Position numbers and translations under genes: made by a program
The notes under the pieces: generated by a model
Seen by the model: only the letters and a program-made list of their open reading frames with translations
Told to the model about the DNA's origin: nothing
The model's database searches: none
Assembly (NCBI GenBank): GCA_964057225.1
Contig: OZ059895.1
Coordinates: forward strand, 3,348,001 to 3,412,000
Length of the DNA: 64,000 bases
Direction of reading: 5' to 3'
Origin: Auanema rhodensis
Taxonomy: Eukaryota; Animalia; Nematoda
In this document: piece after piece, positions 30,001-45,000 of the stretch
How the letters are laid out: each line of letters opens with the position of its first letter
Position numbering within the stretch: position 1 is the first letter of the stretch

Positions 30001-33000
30001 ATGAACTGACCGACTAATCAGACATGGATCTTTCCTAGTTCTGTTGCTTGAATGGATGTTTTCCTACGTAGGCTAGTAAAACATGCCCTTCAAAGCATCA
30101 GAACATGTGATCACATTTCAATTTTTTTGTATCTATCTTGTGAAGATAGTAATTATATCATATGTTGAACACTATGTTGGAAAGATTTTAATTCAGATTT
30201 TCTAACTTTTATTCAGTTTGTTTTTTAAACTTTGATTAAGAACTTTGATTTTTGTACACCCATAAATTATACGCAGCACAGGTTACCCTTAAATAATGAA
30301 CTGACCGACTAATCAGACATGGATCTTTCCTAGTTCTGTTGCTTGAATGGATGTTTTCCTACGTAGGCTAGTAAAACATGCCCTTCAAAGCATCAGAACA
30401 AGTGATCACATTCCAATTTTTTTGAAATCTATCTTGTAAAGATAGTAATAAACTTTGATTTTTGTACACCCATAAATTATACGCAGCACAGGTTACCCTT
30501 AAATAATGAACTGACCGACTAATCAGACATGGATCTTTCCAAGTTTTGTTGCTTGAATGGATGTTTTCCTACGTAGGCTAGTAAAACATGCCTTTCAAAG
30601 CATCAGAACATGTGACCACATTCCAATTTTTTTGTATCTATCTTGTAAAGATAGTAATATATCATATGTTGAACACTATGTTGGAAAGATTTTAATTCAG
30701 ATTTTCTAACTTTTATTCAGTTTGTTTTTTAAACTTTGATTAAGAACTTTGATTTTTGTACACCCATAAATTATACGCAGCACAGGTTACCCTTAAATAA
30801 TGAACTGACCGACTAATCAGACATGGATCTTTCCTAGTTCTGTTGCTTGAATGGATGTTTTCCTACGTAGGCTAGTAAAACATGCCCTTCAAAGCATCAG
30901 AACATGTGACCACATTCCAATTTTTTTGTATCTATCTTGTAAAGATAGTAATATATCATATGTTGAACACTATGTTGGAAAGATTTTAATTCAGATTTTC
31001 TAACTTTTATTCAGTTTGTTTTTTAAACTTTGATTAAGAACTTTGATTTTTGTACACCCATAAATTATACGCAGCACAGGTTACCCTTGAATAATGAACT
31101 GACCGACTAATCAGACATGGATCTTTCCTAGTTCTGTTGCTTGAATGGATGTTTTCCTACGTAGGCTAGTAAAACATGCCCTTCAAAGCATCAGAACATG
31201 TGATCACATTCCAATTTTTTTGTATCTATCTTGTAAAGATAGTAATAAACTTTGATTTTTGTACACCCATAAATTATACGCAGCACAGGTTACCCTTAAA
31301 TAATGAACTGACCGACTAATCAGACATGGATCTTTCCAAGTTCTGTTGCTTGAACGGATGTTTTCCTACGTAGGCTAGTAAAACATGCCCTTCAAAGCAT
31401 CAGAACATGTGATCACATTTCAATTTTTTTGTATCTATCTTGTAAAGATAGTAATATATCATATGTTGAACACTATGTTGGAAAGATTTTAATTCAGATT
31501 TTTTCAACTTTCACTCAGTTTGTTTTCTAAACTTTGATTAAGAACCTTGAGTTTTGTACACCCATAAATTATACGCAGCACAGGTTACCCTTAAATAATG
31601 AACTGACCGACTAATCAGACATGGATCTTTCCTAGTTCTGTTGCTTGAATGGATGTTTTCCTACGTAGGCTAGTAAAACATGCCCTTCAAAGCATCAGAA
31701 CATGTGATCACATTCCAATATTTTTGTATCTATCTTGTAAAGATAGTAATATATCATATGTTGAACACTATGTTGGAAAGATTTTAATTCAGATTTTTTC
31801 AACTTTCACTCAGTTTGTTTTCTAAACTTTGATTAAGAACCTTGAGTTTTGTACACCCATAAATTATACGCAGCACAGGTTACCCTTAAATAATGAACTG
31901 ACCGACTAATCAGACATGGATCTTTCCTAGTTCTGTTGCTTGAATGGATGTTTTCCTACGTAGGCTAGTAAAACATGCCCTTCAAAGCATCAGAACATGT
32001 GATCACATTCCAATTTTTTTGTATCTATCTTGTAAAGATAGTAATTATATCATATGTTGAACACTATGTTGGAAAGATTTTAATTCAGATTTTCTAACTT
32101 TTATTCAGTTTGTTTTTTAAACTTTGATTAAGAACTTTGATTTTCGTACACCCATAAATTATACGCAGCACAGGTTACCCTTAAATAATGAACTGACCGA
32201 CTAATCAGACATGGATCTTTCCTAGTTCTGTTGCTTGAATGGATGTTTTCCTACGTAGGCTAGTAAAACATGCCCTTCAAAGCATCAGAACATGTGATCA
32301 CATTTCAATTTTTTTGTATCTATCTTGTAAAGATAGTAATTATATCATATGTTGAACACTATGTTGGAAAGATTTTAATTCAGATTTTCTAACTTTTATT
32401 CAGTTTGTTTTTTAAACTTTGATTAAGAACTTTGATTTTCGTACACCCATAAATTATACGCAGCACAGGTTACCCTTAAATAATGAACTGACCGACTAAT
32501 CAGACATGGATCTTTCCTAGTTCTGTTGCTTGAATGGATGTTTTCCTACGTAGGCTAGTAAAACATGCCCTTCAAAGCATCAGAACATGTGATCACATTC
32601 CAATATTTTTGTATCTATCTTGTAAAGATAGTAATATATCATATGTTGAACACTATGTTGGAAAGATTTTAATTCAGATTTTCTAACTTTTATTCAGTTT
32701 GTTTTTTAAACTTTGATTAAGAACTTTGATTTTTGTACACCCATAAATTATACGCAGCACAGGTTACCCTTGAATAATGAACTGACCGACTAATCAGACA
32801 TGGATCTTTCCTAGTTCTGTTGCTTGAATGGATGTTTTCCTACGTAGGCTAGTAAAACATGCCCTTCAAAGCATCAGAACATGTGATCACATTCCAATTT
32901 TTTTGTATCTATCTTGTAAAGATAGTAATAAACTTTGATTTTTGTACACCCATAAATTATACGCAGCACAGGTTACCCTTAAATAATGAACTGACCGACT

Positions 33001-36000
33001 AATCAGACATGGATCTTTCCAAGTTCTGTTGCTTGAACGGATGTTTTCCTACGTAGGCTAGTAAAACATGCCCTTCAAAGCATCAGAACATGTGATCACA
33101 TTTCAATTTTTTTGTATCTATCTTGTAAAGATAGTAATATATCATATGTTGAACACTATGTTGGAAAGATTTTAATTCAGATTTTTTCAACTTTCACTCA
33201 GTTTGTTTTCTAAACTTTGATTAAGAACCTTGTTGTTTGTACACCCATAAAATATACGCAGCACAGGTTACCCTTAAATAATGAACTGACCGTCTAATCA
33301 GACATGGATCTTCCCAAGTTCTGTTGCTTGAATGGATGTTTTCCTACGTAGGCTAGTAAAACATGCCCTTCAAAGCATCAGAACAAGTGATCACATTCCA
33401 ATTTTTTTGAAATCTATCTTGTAAAGATAGTAATAAACTTTGATTTTTGTACACCCATAAATTATACGCAGCACAGGTTACCCTTAAATAATGAACTGAC
33501 CGACTAATCAGACATGGATCTTTCCTAGTTCTGTTGCTTGAATGGATGTTTTCCTACGTAGGCTAGTAAAACATGCCCTTCAAAGCATCAGAACAAGTGA
33601 TCACATTCCAATTTTTTTGAAATCTATCTTGTAAAGATAGTAATAAACTTTGATTTTTGTACACCCATAAATTATACGCAGCACAGGTTACCCTTAAATA
33701 ATGAACTGACCGACTAATCAGACATGGATCTTTCCAAGTTTTGTTGCTTGAATGGATGTTTTCCTACGTAGGCTAGTAAAACATGCCCTTCAAAGCATCA
33801 GAACATGTGATCACATTTCAATTTTTTTGTATCTATCTTGTAAAGATAGTAATTATATCATATGTTGAACACTATGTTGGAAAGATTTTAATTCAGATTT
33901 TCTAACTTTTATTCAGTTTGTTTTTTAAACTTTGATTAAGAACTTTGATTTTTGTACACCCATAAATTATACGCAGCACAGGTTACCCTTGAATAATGAA
34001 CTGACCGACTAATCAGACATGGATCTTTCCTAGTTCTGTTGCTTGAATGGATGTTTTCCTACGTAGGCTAGTAAAACATGCCCTTCAAAGCATCAGAACA
34101 TGTGATCACATTCCAATTTTTTTGTATCTATCTTGTAAAGATAGTAATATATCATATGTTGAACACTATGTTGGAAAGATTTTAATTCAGATTTTTTCAA
34201 CTTTCACTCAGTTTGTTTTCTAAACTTTGATTAAGAACCTTGAGTTTTGTACACCCATAAATTATACGCAGCACAGGTTACCCTTAAATAATGAACTGAC
34301 CGACTAATCAGACATGGATCTTTCCTAGTTCTGTTGCTTGAATGGATGTTTTCCTACGTAGGCTAGTAAAACATGCCCTTCAAAGCATCAGAACATGTGA
34401 TCACATTCCAATTTTTTTGTATCTATCTTGTAAAGATAGTAATTATATCATATGTTGAACACTATGTTGGAAAGATTTTAATTCAGATTTTTTAACTTTT
34501 ATTCAGTTTGTTTTTTAAACTTTGATTAAGAACTTTGATTTTCGTACACCCATAAATTATACGCAGCACAGGTTACCCTTAAATAATGAACTGACCGACT
34601 AATCAGACATGGATCTTTCCTAGTTCTGTTGCTTGAATGGATGTTTTCCTACGTAGGCTAGTAAAACATGCCCTTCAAAGCATCAGAACATGTGATCACA
34701 TTTCAATTTTTTTGTATCTATCTTGTAAAGATAGTAATTATATCATATGTTGAACACTATGTTGGAAAGATTTTAATTCAGATTTTCTAACTTTTATTCA
34801 GTTTGTTTTTTAAACTTTGATTAAGAACTTTGATTTTCGTACACCCATAAATTATACGCAGCACAGGTTACCCTTAAATAATGAACTGACCGACTAATCA
34901 GACATGGATCTTTCCTAGTTCTGTTGCTTGAATGGATGTTTTCCTACGTAGGCTAGTAAAACATGCCCTTCAAAGCATCAGAACATGTGATCACATTCCA
35001 ATATTTTTGTATCTATCTTGTAAAGATAGTAATATATCATATGTTGAACACTATGTTGGAAAGATTTTAATTCAGATTTTCTAACTTTTATTCAGTTTGT
35101 TTTTTAAACTTTGATTAAGAACTTTGATTTTTGTACACCCATAAATTATACGCAGCACAGGTTACCCTTGAATAATGAACTGACCGACTAATCAGACATG
35201 GATCTTTCCTAGTTCTGTTGCTTGAATGGATGTTTTCCTACGTAGGCTAGTAAAACATGCCCTTCAAAGCATCAGAACATGTGATCACATTCCAATTTTT
35301 TTGTATCTATCTTGTAAAGATAGTAATAAACTTTGATTTTTGTACACCCATAAATTATACGCAGCACAGGTTACCCTTAAATAATGAACTGACCGACTAA
35401 TCAGACATGGATCTTTCCAAGTTCTGTTGCTTGAACGGATGTTTTCCTACGTAGGCTAGTAAAACATGCCCTTCAAAGCATCAGAACATGTGATCACATT
35501 TCAATTTTTTTGTATCTATCTTGTAAAGATAGTAATATATCATATGTTGAACACTATGTTGGAAAGATTTTAATTCAGATTTTTTCAACTTTCACTCAGT
35601 TTGTTTTCTAAACTTTGATTAAGAACCTTGTTGTTTGTACACCCATAAAATATACGCAGCACAGGTTACCCTTAAATAATGAACTGACCGTCTAATCAGA
35701 CATGGATCTTCCCAAGTTCTGTTGCTTGAATGGATGTTTTCCTACGTAGGCTAGTAAAACATGCCCTTCAAAGCATCAGAACAAGTGATCACATTCCAAT
35801 TTTTTTGAAATCTATCTTGTAAAGATAGTAATAAACTTTGATTTTTGTACACCCATAAATTATACGCAGCACAGGTTACCCTTAAATAATGAACTGACCG
35901 ACTAATCAGACATGGATCTTTCCTAGTTCTGTTGCTTGAATGGATGTTTTCCTACGTAGGCTAGTAAAACATGCCCTTCAAAGCATCAGAACAAGTGATC

Positions 36001-39000
36001 ACATTCCAATTTTTTTGAAATCTATCTTGTAAAGATAGTAATAAACTTTGATTTTTGTACACCCATAAATTATACGCAGCACAGGTTACCCTTAAATAAT
36101 GAACTGACCGACTAATCAGACATGGATCTTTCCAAGTTTTGTTGCTTGAATGGATGTTTTCCTACGTAGGCTAGTAAAACATGCCCTTCAAAGCATCAGA
36201 ACATGTGATCACATTTCAATTTTTTTGTATCTATCTTGTAAAGATAGTAATTATATCATATGTTGAACACTATGTTGGAAAGATTTTAATTCAGATTTTC
36301 TAACTTTTATTCAGTTTGTTTTTTAAACTTTGATTAAGAACTTTGATTTTTGTACACCCATAAATTATACGCAGCACAGGTTACCCTTGAATAATGAACT
36401 GACCGACTAATCAGACATGGATCTTTCCTAGTTCTGTTGCTTGAATGGATGTTTTCCTACGTAGGCTAGTAAAACATGCCCTTCAAAGCATCAGAACATG
36501 TGATCACATTCCAATTTTTTTGTATCTATCTTGTAAAGATAGTAATAAACTTTGATTTTTGTACACCCATAAATTATACGCAGCACAGGTTACCCTTAAA
36601 TAATGAACTGACCGACTAATCAGACATGGATCTTCCCAAGTTCTGTTGCTTGAATGGATGTTTTCCTACGTAGGCTAGTAAAACATGCCCTTCAAAGCAT
36701 CAGAACATGTGATCACATTCCAATTTTTTTGTATCTATCTTGTAAAGATAGTAATATATCATATGTTGAACACTATGTTGGAAAGATTTTAATTCAGATT
36801 TTCTAACTTTTATTCAGTTTGTTTTTTAAACTTTGATTAAGAACTTTGATTTTTGTACACCCATAAATTATACGCAGCACAGGTTACCCTTAAATAATGA
36901 ACTGACCGACTAATCAGACATGGATCTTTCCTAGTTCTGTTGCTTGAACGGATGTTTTCCTACGTAGGCTAGTAAAACATGCCCTTCAAAGCATCAGAAC
37001 ATGTGATCACATTCCAATTTTTTTGTATCTATCTTGTAAAGATAGTAATATATCATATGTTGAACACTATGTTGGAAAGATTTTAATTCAGATTTTTTCA
37101 ACTTTCACTCAGTTTGTTTTCTAAACTTTGATTAAGAACCTTGAGTTTTGTACACCCATAAATTATACGCAGCACAGGTTACCCTTAAATAATGAACTGA
37201 CCGACTAATCAGACATGGATCTTTCCTAGTTCTGTTGCTTGAATGGATGTTTTCCTACGTAGGCTAGTAAAACATGCCCTTCAAAGCATCAGAACATGTG
37301 ATCACATTCCAATTTTTTTGTATCTATCTTGTAAAGATAGTAATTATATCATATGTTGAACACTATGTTGGAAAGATTTTAATTCAGATTTTCTAACTTT
37401 TATTCAGTTTGTTTTTTAAACTTTGATTAAGAACTTTGATTTTCGTACACCCATAAATTATACGCAGCACAGGTTACCCTTAAATAATGAACTGACCGAC
37501 TAATCAGACATGGATCTTTCCTAGTTCTGTTGCTTGAATGGATGTTTTCCTACGTAGGCTAGTAAAACATGCCCTTCAAAGCATCAGAACATGTGATCAC
37601 ATTCCAATATTTTTGTATCTATCTTGTAAAGATAGTAATATATCATATGTTGAACACTATGTTGGAAAGATTTTAATTCAGATTTTCTAACTTTTATTCA
37701 GTTTGTTTTTTAAACTTTGATTAAGAACTTTGATTTTTGTACACCCATAAATTATACGCAGCACAGGTTACCCTTGAATAATGAACTGACCGACTAATCA
37801 GACATGGATCTTTCCTAGTTCTGTTGCTTGAATGGATGTTTTCCTACGTAGGCTAGTAAAACATGCCCTTCAAAGCATCAGAACATGTGATCACATTCCA
37901 ATTTTTTTGTATCTATCTTGTAAAGATAGTAATAAACTTTGATTTTTGTACACCCATAAATTATACGCAGCACAGGTTACCCTTAAATAATGAACTGACC
38001 GACTAATCAGACATGGATCTTTCCAAGTTCTGTTGCTTGAATGGATGTTTTCCTACGTAGGCTAGTAAAACATGCCCTTCAAAGCATCAGAACATGTGAT
38101 CACATTTCAATTTTTTTGTATCTATCTTGTAAAGATAGTAATTATATCATATGTTGAACACTATGTTGGAAAGATTTTAATTCAGATTTTCTAACTTTTA
38201 TTCAGTTTGTTTTTTAAACTTTGATTAAGAACTTTGATTTTTGTACACCCATAAATTATACGCAGCACAGGTTACCCTTGAATAATGAACTGACCGACTA
38301 ATCAGACATGGATCTTTCCTAGTTCTGTTGCTTGAATGGATGTTTTCCTACGTAGGCTAGTAAAACATGCCCTTCAAAGCATCAGAACATGTGATCACAT
38401 TCCAATTTTTTTGTATCTATCTTGTAAAGATAGTAATAAACTTTGATTTTTGTACACCCATAAATTATACGCAGCACAGGTTACCCTTAAATAATGAACT
38501 GACCGACTAATCAGACATGGATCTTCCCAAGTTCTGTTGCTTGAATGGATGTTTTCCTACGTAGGCTAGTAAAACATGCCCTTCAAAGCATCAGAACATG
38601 TGATCACATTCCAATTTTTTTGTATCTATCTTGTAAAGATAGTAATATATCATATGTTGAACACTATGTTGGAAAGATTTTAATTCAGATTTTCTAACTT
38701 TTATTCAGTTTGTTTTTTAAACTTTGATTAAGAACTTTGATTTTTGTACACCCATAAATTATACGCAGCACAGGTTACCCTTAAATAATGAACTGACCGA
38801 CTAATCAGACATGGATCTTTCCTAGTTCTGTTGCTTGAACGGATGTTTTCCTACGTAGGCTAGTAAAACATGCCCTTCAAAGCATCAGAACATGTGATCA
38901 CATTCCAATTTTTTTGTATCTATCTTGTAAAGATAGTAATATATCATATGTTGAACACTATGTTGGAAAGATTTTAATTCAGATTTTTTCAACTTTCACT

Positions 39001-42000
39001 CAGTTTGTTTTCTAAACTTTGATTAAGAACCTTGAGTTTTGTACACCCATAAATTATACGCAGCACAGGTTACCCTTAAATAATGAACTGACCGACTAAT
39101 CAGACATGGATCTTTCCTAGTTCTGTTGCTTGAATGGATGTTTTCCTACGTAGGCTAGTAAAACATGCCCTTCAAAGCATCAGAACATGTGATCACATTC
39201 CAATTTTTTTGTATCTATCTTGTAAAGATAGTAATTATATCATATGTTGAACACTATGTTGGAAAGATTTTAATTCAGATTTTCTAACTTTTATTCAGTT
39301 TGTTTTTTAAACTTTGATTAAGAACTTTGATTTTCGTACACCCATAAATTATACGCAGCACAGGTTACCCTTAAATAATGAACTGACCGACTAATCAGAC
39401 ATGGATCTTTCCTAGTTCTGTTGCTTGAATGGATGTTTTCCTACGTAGGCTAGTAAAACATGCCCTTCAAAGCATCAGAACATGTGATCACATTCCAATA
39501 TTTTTGTATCTATCTTGTAAAGATAGTAATATATCATATGTTGAACACTATGTTGGAAAGATTTTAATTCAGATTTTCTAACTTTTATTCAGTTTGTTTT
39601 TTAAACTTTGATTAAGAACTTTGATTTTTGTACACCCATAAATTATACGCAGCACAGGTTACCCTTGAATAATGAACTGACCGACTAATCAGACATGGAT
39701 CTTTCCTAGTTCTGTTGCTTGAATGGATGTTTTCCTACGTAGGCTAGTAAAACATGCCCTTCAAAGCATCAGAACATGTGATCACATTTCAATTTTTTTG
39801 TATCTATCTTGTAAAGATAGTAATATATCATATGTTGAACACTATGTTGGAAAGATTTTAATTCAGATTTTTTCAACTTTCACTCAGTTTGTTTTCTAAA
39901 CTTTGATTAAGAACCTTGTTGTTTGTACACCCATAAAATATACGCAGCACAGGTTACCCTTAAATAATGAACTGACCGTCTAATCAGACATGGATCTTCC
40001 CAAGTTCTGTTGCTTGAATGGATGTTTTCCTACGTAGGCTAGTAAAACATGCCCTTCAAAGCATCAGAACAAGTGATCACATTCCAATTTTTTTGAAATC
40101 TATCTTGTAAAGATAGTAATAAACTTTGATTTTTGTACACCCATAAATTATACGCAGCACAGGTTACCCTTAAATAATGAACTGACCGACTAATCAGACA
40201 TGGATCTTTCCAAGTTTTGTTGCTTGAATGGATGTTTTCCTACGTAGGCTAGTAAAACATGCCCTTCAAAGCATCAGAACATGTGACCACATTCCAATTT
40301 TTTTGTATCTATCTTGTAAAGATAGTAATATATCATATGTTGAACACTATGTTGGAAAGATTTTAATTCAGATTTTCTAACTTTTATTCAGTTTGTTTTT
40401 TAAACTTTGATTAAGAACTTTGATTTTTGTACACCCATAAATTATACGCAGCACAGGTTACCCTTAAATAATGAACTGACCGACTAATCAGACATGGATC
40501 TTTCCTAGTTCTGTTGCTTGAATGGATGTTTTCCTACGTAGGCTAGTAAAACATGCCCTTCAAAGCATCAGAACATGTGATCACATTCCAATTTTTTTGT
40601 ATCTATCTTGTAAAGATAGTAATAAACTTTGAGTTTTGTACACCCATAAATTATACGCAGCACAGGTTACCCTTAAATAATGAACTGACCGACTAATCAG
40701 ACATGGATCTTTCCTAGTTCTGTTGCTTGAATGGATGTTTTCCTACGTAGGCTAGTAAAACATGCCCTTCAAAGCATCAGAACATGTGATCACATTCCAA
40801 TTTTTTTGTATCTATCTTGTAAAGATAGTAATTATATCATATGTTGAACACTATGTTGGAAAGATTTTAATTCAGATTTTCTAACTTTTATTCAGTTTGT
40901 TTTTTAAACTTTGATTAAGAACTTTGATTTTCGTACACCCATAAATTATACGCAGCACAGGTTACCCTTAAATAATGAACTGACCGACTAATCAGACATG
41001 GATCTTTCCTAGTTCTGTTGCTTGAATGGATGTTTTCCTACGTAGGCTAGTAAAACATGCCCTTCAAAGCATCAGAACATGTGATCACATTCCAATATTT
41101 TTGTATCTATCTTGTAAAGATAGTAATATATCATATGTTGAACACTATGTTGGAAAGATTTTAATTCAGATTTTCTAACTTTTATTCAGTTTGTTTTTTA
41201 AACTTTGATTAAGAACTTTGATTTTTGTACACCCATAAATTATACGCAGCACAGGTTACCCTTGAATAATGAACTGACCGACTAATCAGACATGGATCTT
41301 TCCTAGTTCTGTTGCTTGAATGGATGTTTTCCTACGTAGGCTAGTAAAACATGCCCTTCAAAGCATCAGAACATGTGATCACATTTCAATTTTTTTGTAT
41401 CTATCTTGTAAAGATAGTAATATATCATATGTTGAACACTATGTTGGAAAGATTTTAATTCAGATTTTTTCAACTTTCACTCAGTTTGTTTTCTAAACTT
41501 TGATTAAGAACCTTGTTGTTTGTACACCCATAAAATATACGCAGCACAGGTTACCCTTAAATAATGAACTGACCGTCTAATCAGACATGGATCTTCCCAA
41601 GTTCTGTTGCTTGAATGGATGTTTTCCTACGTAGGCTAGTAAAACATGCCCTTCAAAGCATCAGAACAAGTGATCACATTCCAATTTTTTTGAAATCTAT
41701 CTTGTAAAGATAGTAATAAACTTTGATTTTTGTACACCCATAAATTATACGCAGCACAGGTTACCCTTAAATAATGAACTGACCGACTAATCAGACATGG
41801 ATCTTTCCAAGTTTTGTTGCTTGAATGGATGTTTTCCTACGTAGGCTAGTAAAACATGCCCTTCAAAGCATCAGAACATGTGACCACATTCCAATTTTTT
41901 TGTATCTATCTTGTAAAGATAGTAATATATCATATGTTGAACACTATGTTGGAAAGATTTTAATTCAGATTTTCTAACTTTTATTCAGTTTGTTTTTTAA

Positions 42001-45000
42001 ACTTTGATTAAGAACTTTGATTTTTGTACACCCATAAATTATACGCAGCACAGGTTACCCTTAAATAATGAACTGACCGACTAATCAGACATGGATCTTT
42101 CCTAGTTCTGTTGCTTGAATGGATGTTTTCCTACGTAGGCTAGTAAAACATGCCCTTCAAAGCATCAGAACATGTGATCACATTCCAATTTTTTTGTATC
42201 TATCTTGTAAAGATAGTAATTATATCATATGTTGAACACTATGTTGGAAAGATTTTAATTCAGATTTTCTAACTTTTATTCAGTTTGTTTTTTAAACTTT
42301 GATTAAGAACTTTGATTTTCGTACACCCATAAATTATACGCAGCACAGGTTACCCTTAAATAATGAACTGACCGACTAATCAGACATGGATCTTTCCTAG
42401 TTCTGTTGCTTGAATGGATGTTTTCCTACGTAGGCTAGTAAAACATGCCCTTCAAAGCATCAGAACATGTGATCACATTTCAATTTTTTTGTATCTATCT
42501 TGTAAAGATAGTAATTATATCATATGTTGAACACTATGTTGGAAAGATTTTAATTCAGATTTTCTAACTTTTATTCAGTTTGTTTTTTAAACTTTGATTA
42601 AGAACTTTGATTTTTGTACACCCATAAATTATACGCAGCACAGGTTACCCTTAAATAATGAACTGACCGACTAATCAGACATGGATCTTTCCTAGTTCTG
42701 TTGCTTGAATGGATGTTTTCCTACGTAGGCTAGTAAAACATGCCCTTCAAAGCATCAGAACAAGTGATCACATTCCAATTTTTTTGAAATCTATCTTGTA
42801 AAGATAGTAATAAACTTTGATTTTTGTACACCCATAAATTATACGCAGCACAGGTTACCCTTAAATAATGAACTGACCGACTAATCAGACATGGATCTTT
42901 CCAAGTTTTGTTGCTTGAATGGATGTTTTCCTACGTAGGCTAGTAAAACATGCCCTTCAAAGCATCAGAACATGTGACCACATTCCAATTTTTTTGTATC
43001 TATCTTGTAAAGATAGTAATATATCATATGTTGAACACTATGTTGGAAAGATTTTAATTCAGATTTTCTAACTTTTATTCAGTTTGTTTTTTAAACTTTG
43101 ATTAAGAACTTTGATTTTTGTACACCCATAAATTATACGCAGCACAGGTTACCCTTAAATAATGAACTGACCGACTAATCAGACATGGATCTTTCCTAGT
43201 TCTGTTGCTTGAATGGATGTTTTCCTACGTAGGCTAGTAAAACATGCCCTTCAAAGCATCAGAACATGTGACCACATTCCAATTTTTTTGTATCTATCTT
43301 GTAAAGATAGTAATATATCATATGTTGAACACTATGTTGGAAAGATTTTAATTCAGATTTTCTAACTTTTATTCAGTTTGTTTTTTAAACTTTGATTAAG
43401 AACTTTGATTTTTGTACACCCATAAATTATACGCAGCACAGGTTACCCTTGAATAATGAACTGACCGACTAATCAGACATGGATCTTTCCTAGTTCTGTT
43501 GCTTGAATGGATGTTTTCCTACGTAGGCTAGTAAAACATGCCCTTCAAAGCATCAGAACATGTGATCACATTCCAATTTTTTTGTATCTATCTTGTAAAG
43601 ATAGTAATAAACTTTGATTTTTGTACACCCATAAATTATACGCAGCACAGGTTACCCTTAAATAATGAACTGACCGACTAATCAGACATGGATCTTTCCA
43701 AGTTCTGTTGCTTGAACGGATGTTTTCCTACGTAGGCTAGTAAAACATGCCCTTCAAAGCATCAGAACATGTGATCACATTTCAATTTTTTTGTATCTAT
43801 CTTGTAAAGATAGTAATATATCATATGTTGAACACTATGTTGGAAAGATTTTAATTCAGATTTTTTCAACTTTCACTCAGTTTGTTTTCTAAACTTTGAT
43901 TAAGAACCTTGAGTTTTGTACACCCATAAATTATACGCAGCACAGGTTACCCTTAAATAATGAACTGACCGACTAATCAGACATGGATCTTTCCTAGTTC
44001 TGTTGCTTGAATGGATGTTTTCCTACGTAGGCTAGTAAAACATGCCCTTCAAAGCATCAGAACATGTGATCACATTCCAATATTTTTGTATCTATCTTGT
44101 AAAGATAGTAATATATCATATGTTGAACACTATGTTGGAAAGATTTTAATTCAGATTTTTTCAACTTTCACTCAGTTTGTTTTCTAAACTTTGATTAAGA
44201 ACCTTGAGTTTTGTACACCCATAAATTATACGCAGCACAGGTTACCCTTAAATAATGAACTGACCGACTAATCAGACATGGATCTTTCCTAGTTCTGTTG
44301 CTTGAATGGATGTTTTCCTACGTAGGCTAGTAAAACATGCCCTTCAAAGCATCAGAACATGTGATCACATTCCAATTTTTTTGTATCTATCTTGTAAAGA
44401 TAGTAATTATATCATATGTTGAACACTATGTTGGAAAGATTTTAATTCAGATTTTCTAACTTTTATTCAGTTTGTTTTTTAAACTTTGATTAAGAACTTT
44501 GATTTTCGTACACCCATAAATTATACGCAGCACAGGTTACCCTTAAATAATGAACTGACCGACTAATCAGACATGGATCTTTCCTAGTTCTGTTGCTTGA
44601 ATGGATGTTTTCCTACGTAGGCTAGTAAAACATGCCCTTCAAAGCATCAGAACATGTGATCACATTTCAATTTTTTTGTATCTATCTTGTAAAGATAGTA
44701 ATTATATCATATGTTGAACACTATGTTGGAAAGATTTTAATTCAGATTTTCTAACTTTTATTCAGTTTGTTTTTTAAACTTTGATTAAGAACTTTGATTT
44801 TCGTACACCCATAAATTATACGCAGCACAGGTTACCCTTAAATAATGAACTGACCGACTAATCAGACATGGATCTTTCCTAGTTCTGTTGCTTGAATGGA
44901 TGTTTTCCTACGTAGGCTAGTAAAACATGCCCTTCAAAGCATCAGAACATGTGATCACATTCCAATATTTTTGTATCTATCTTGTAAAGATAGTAATATA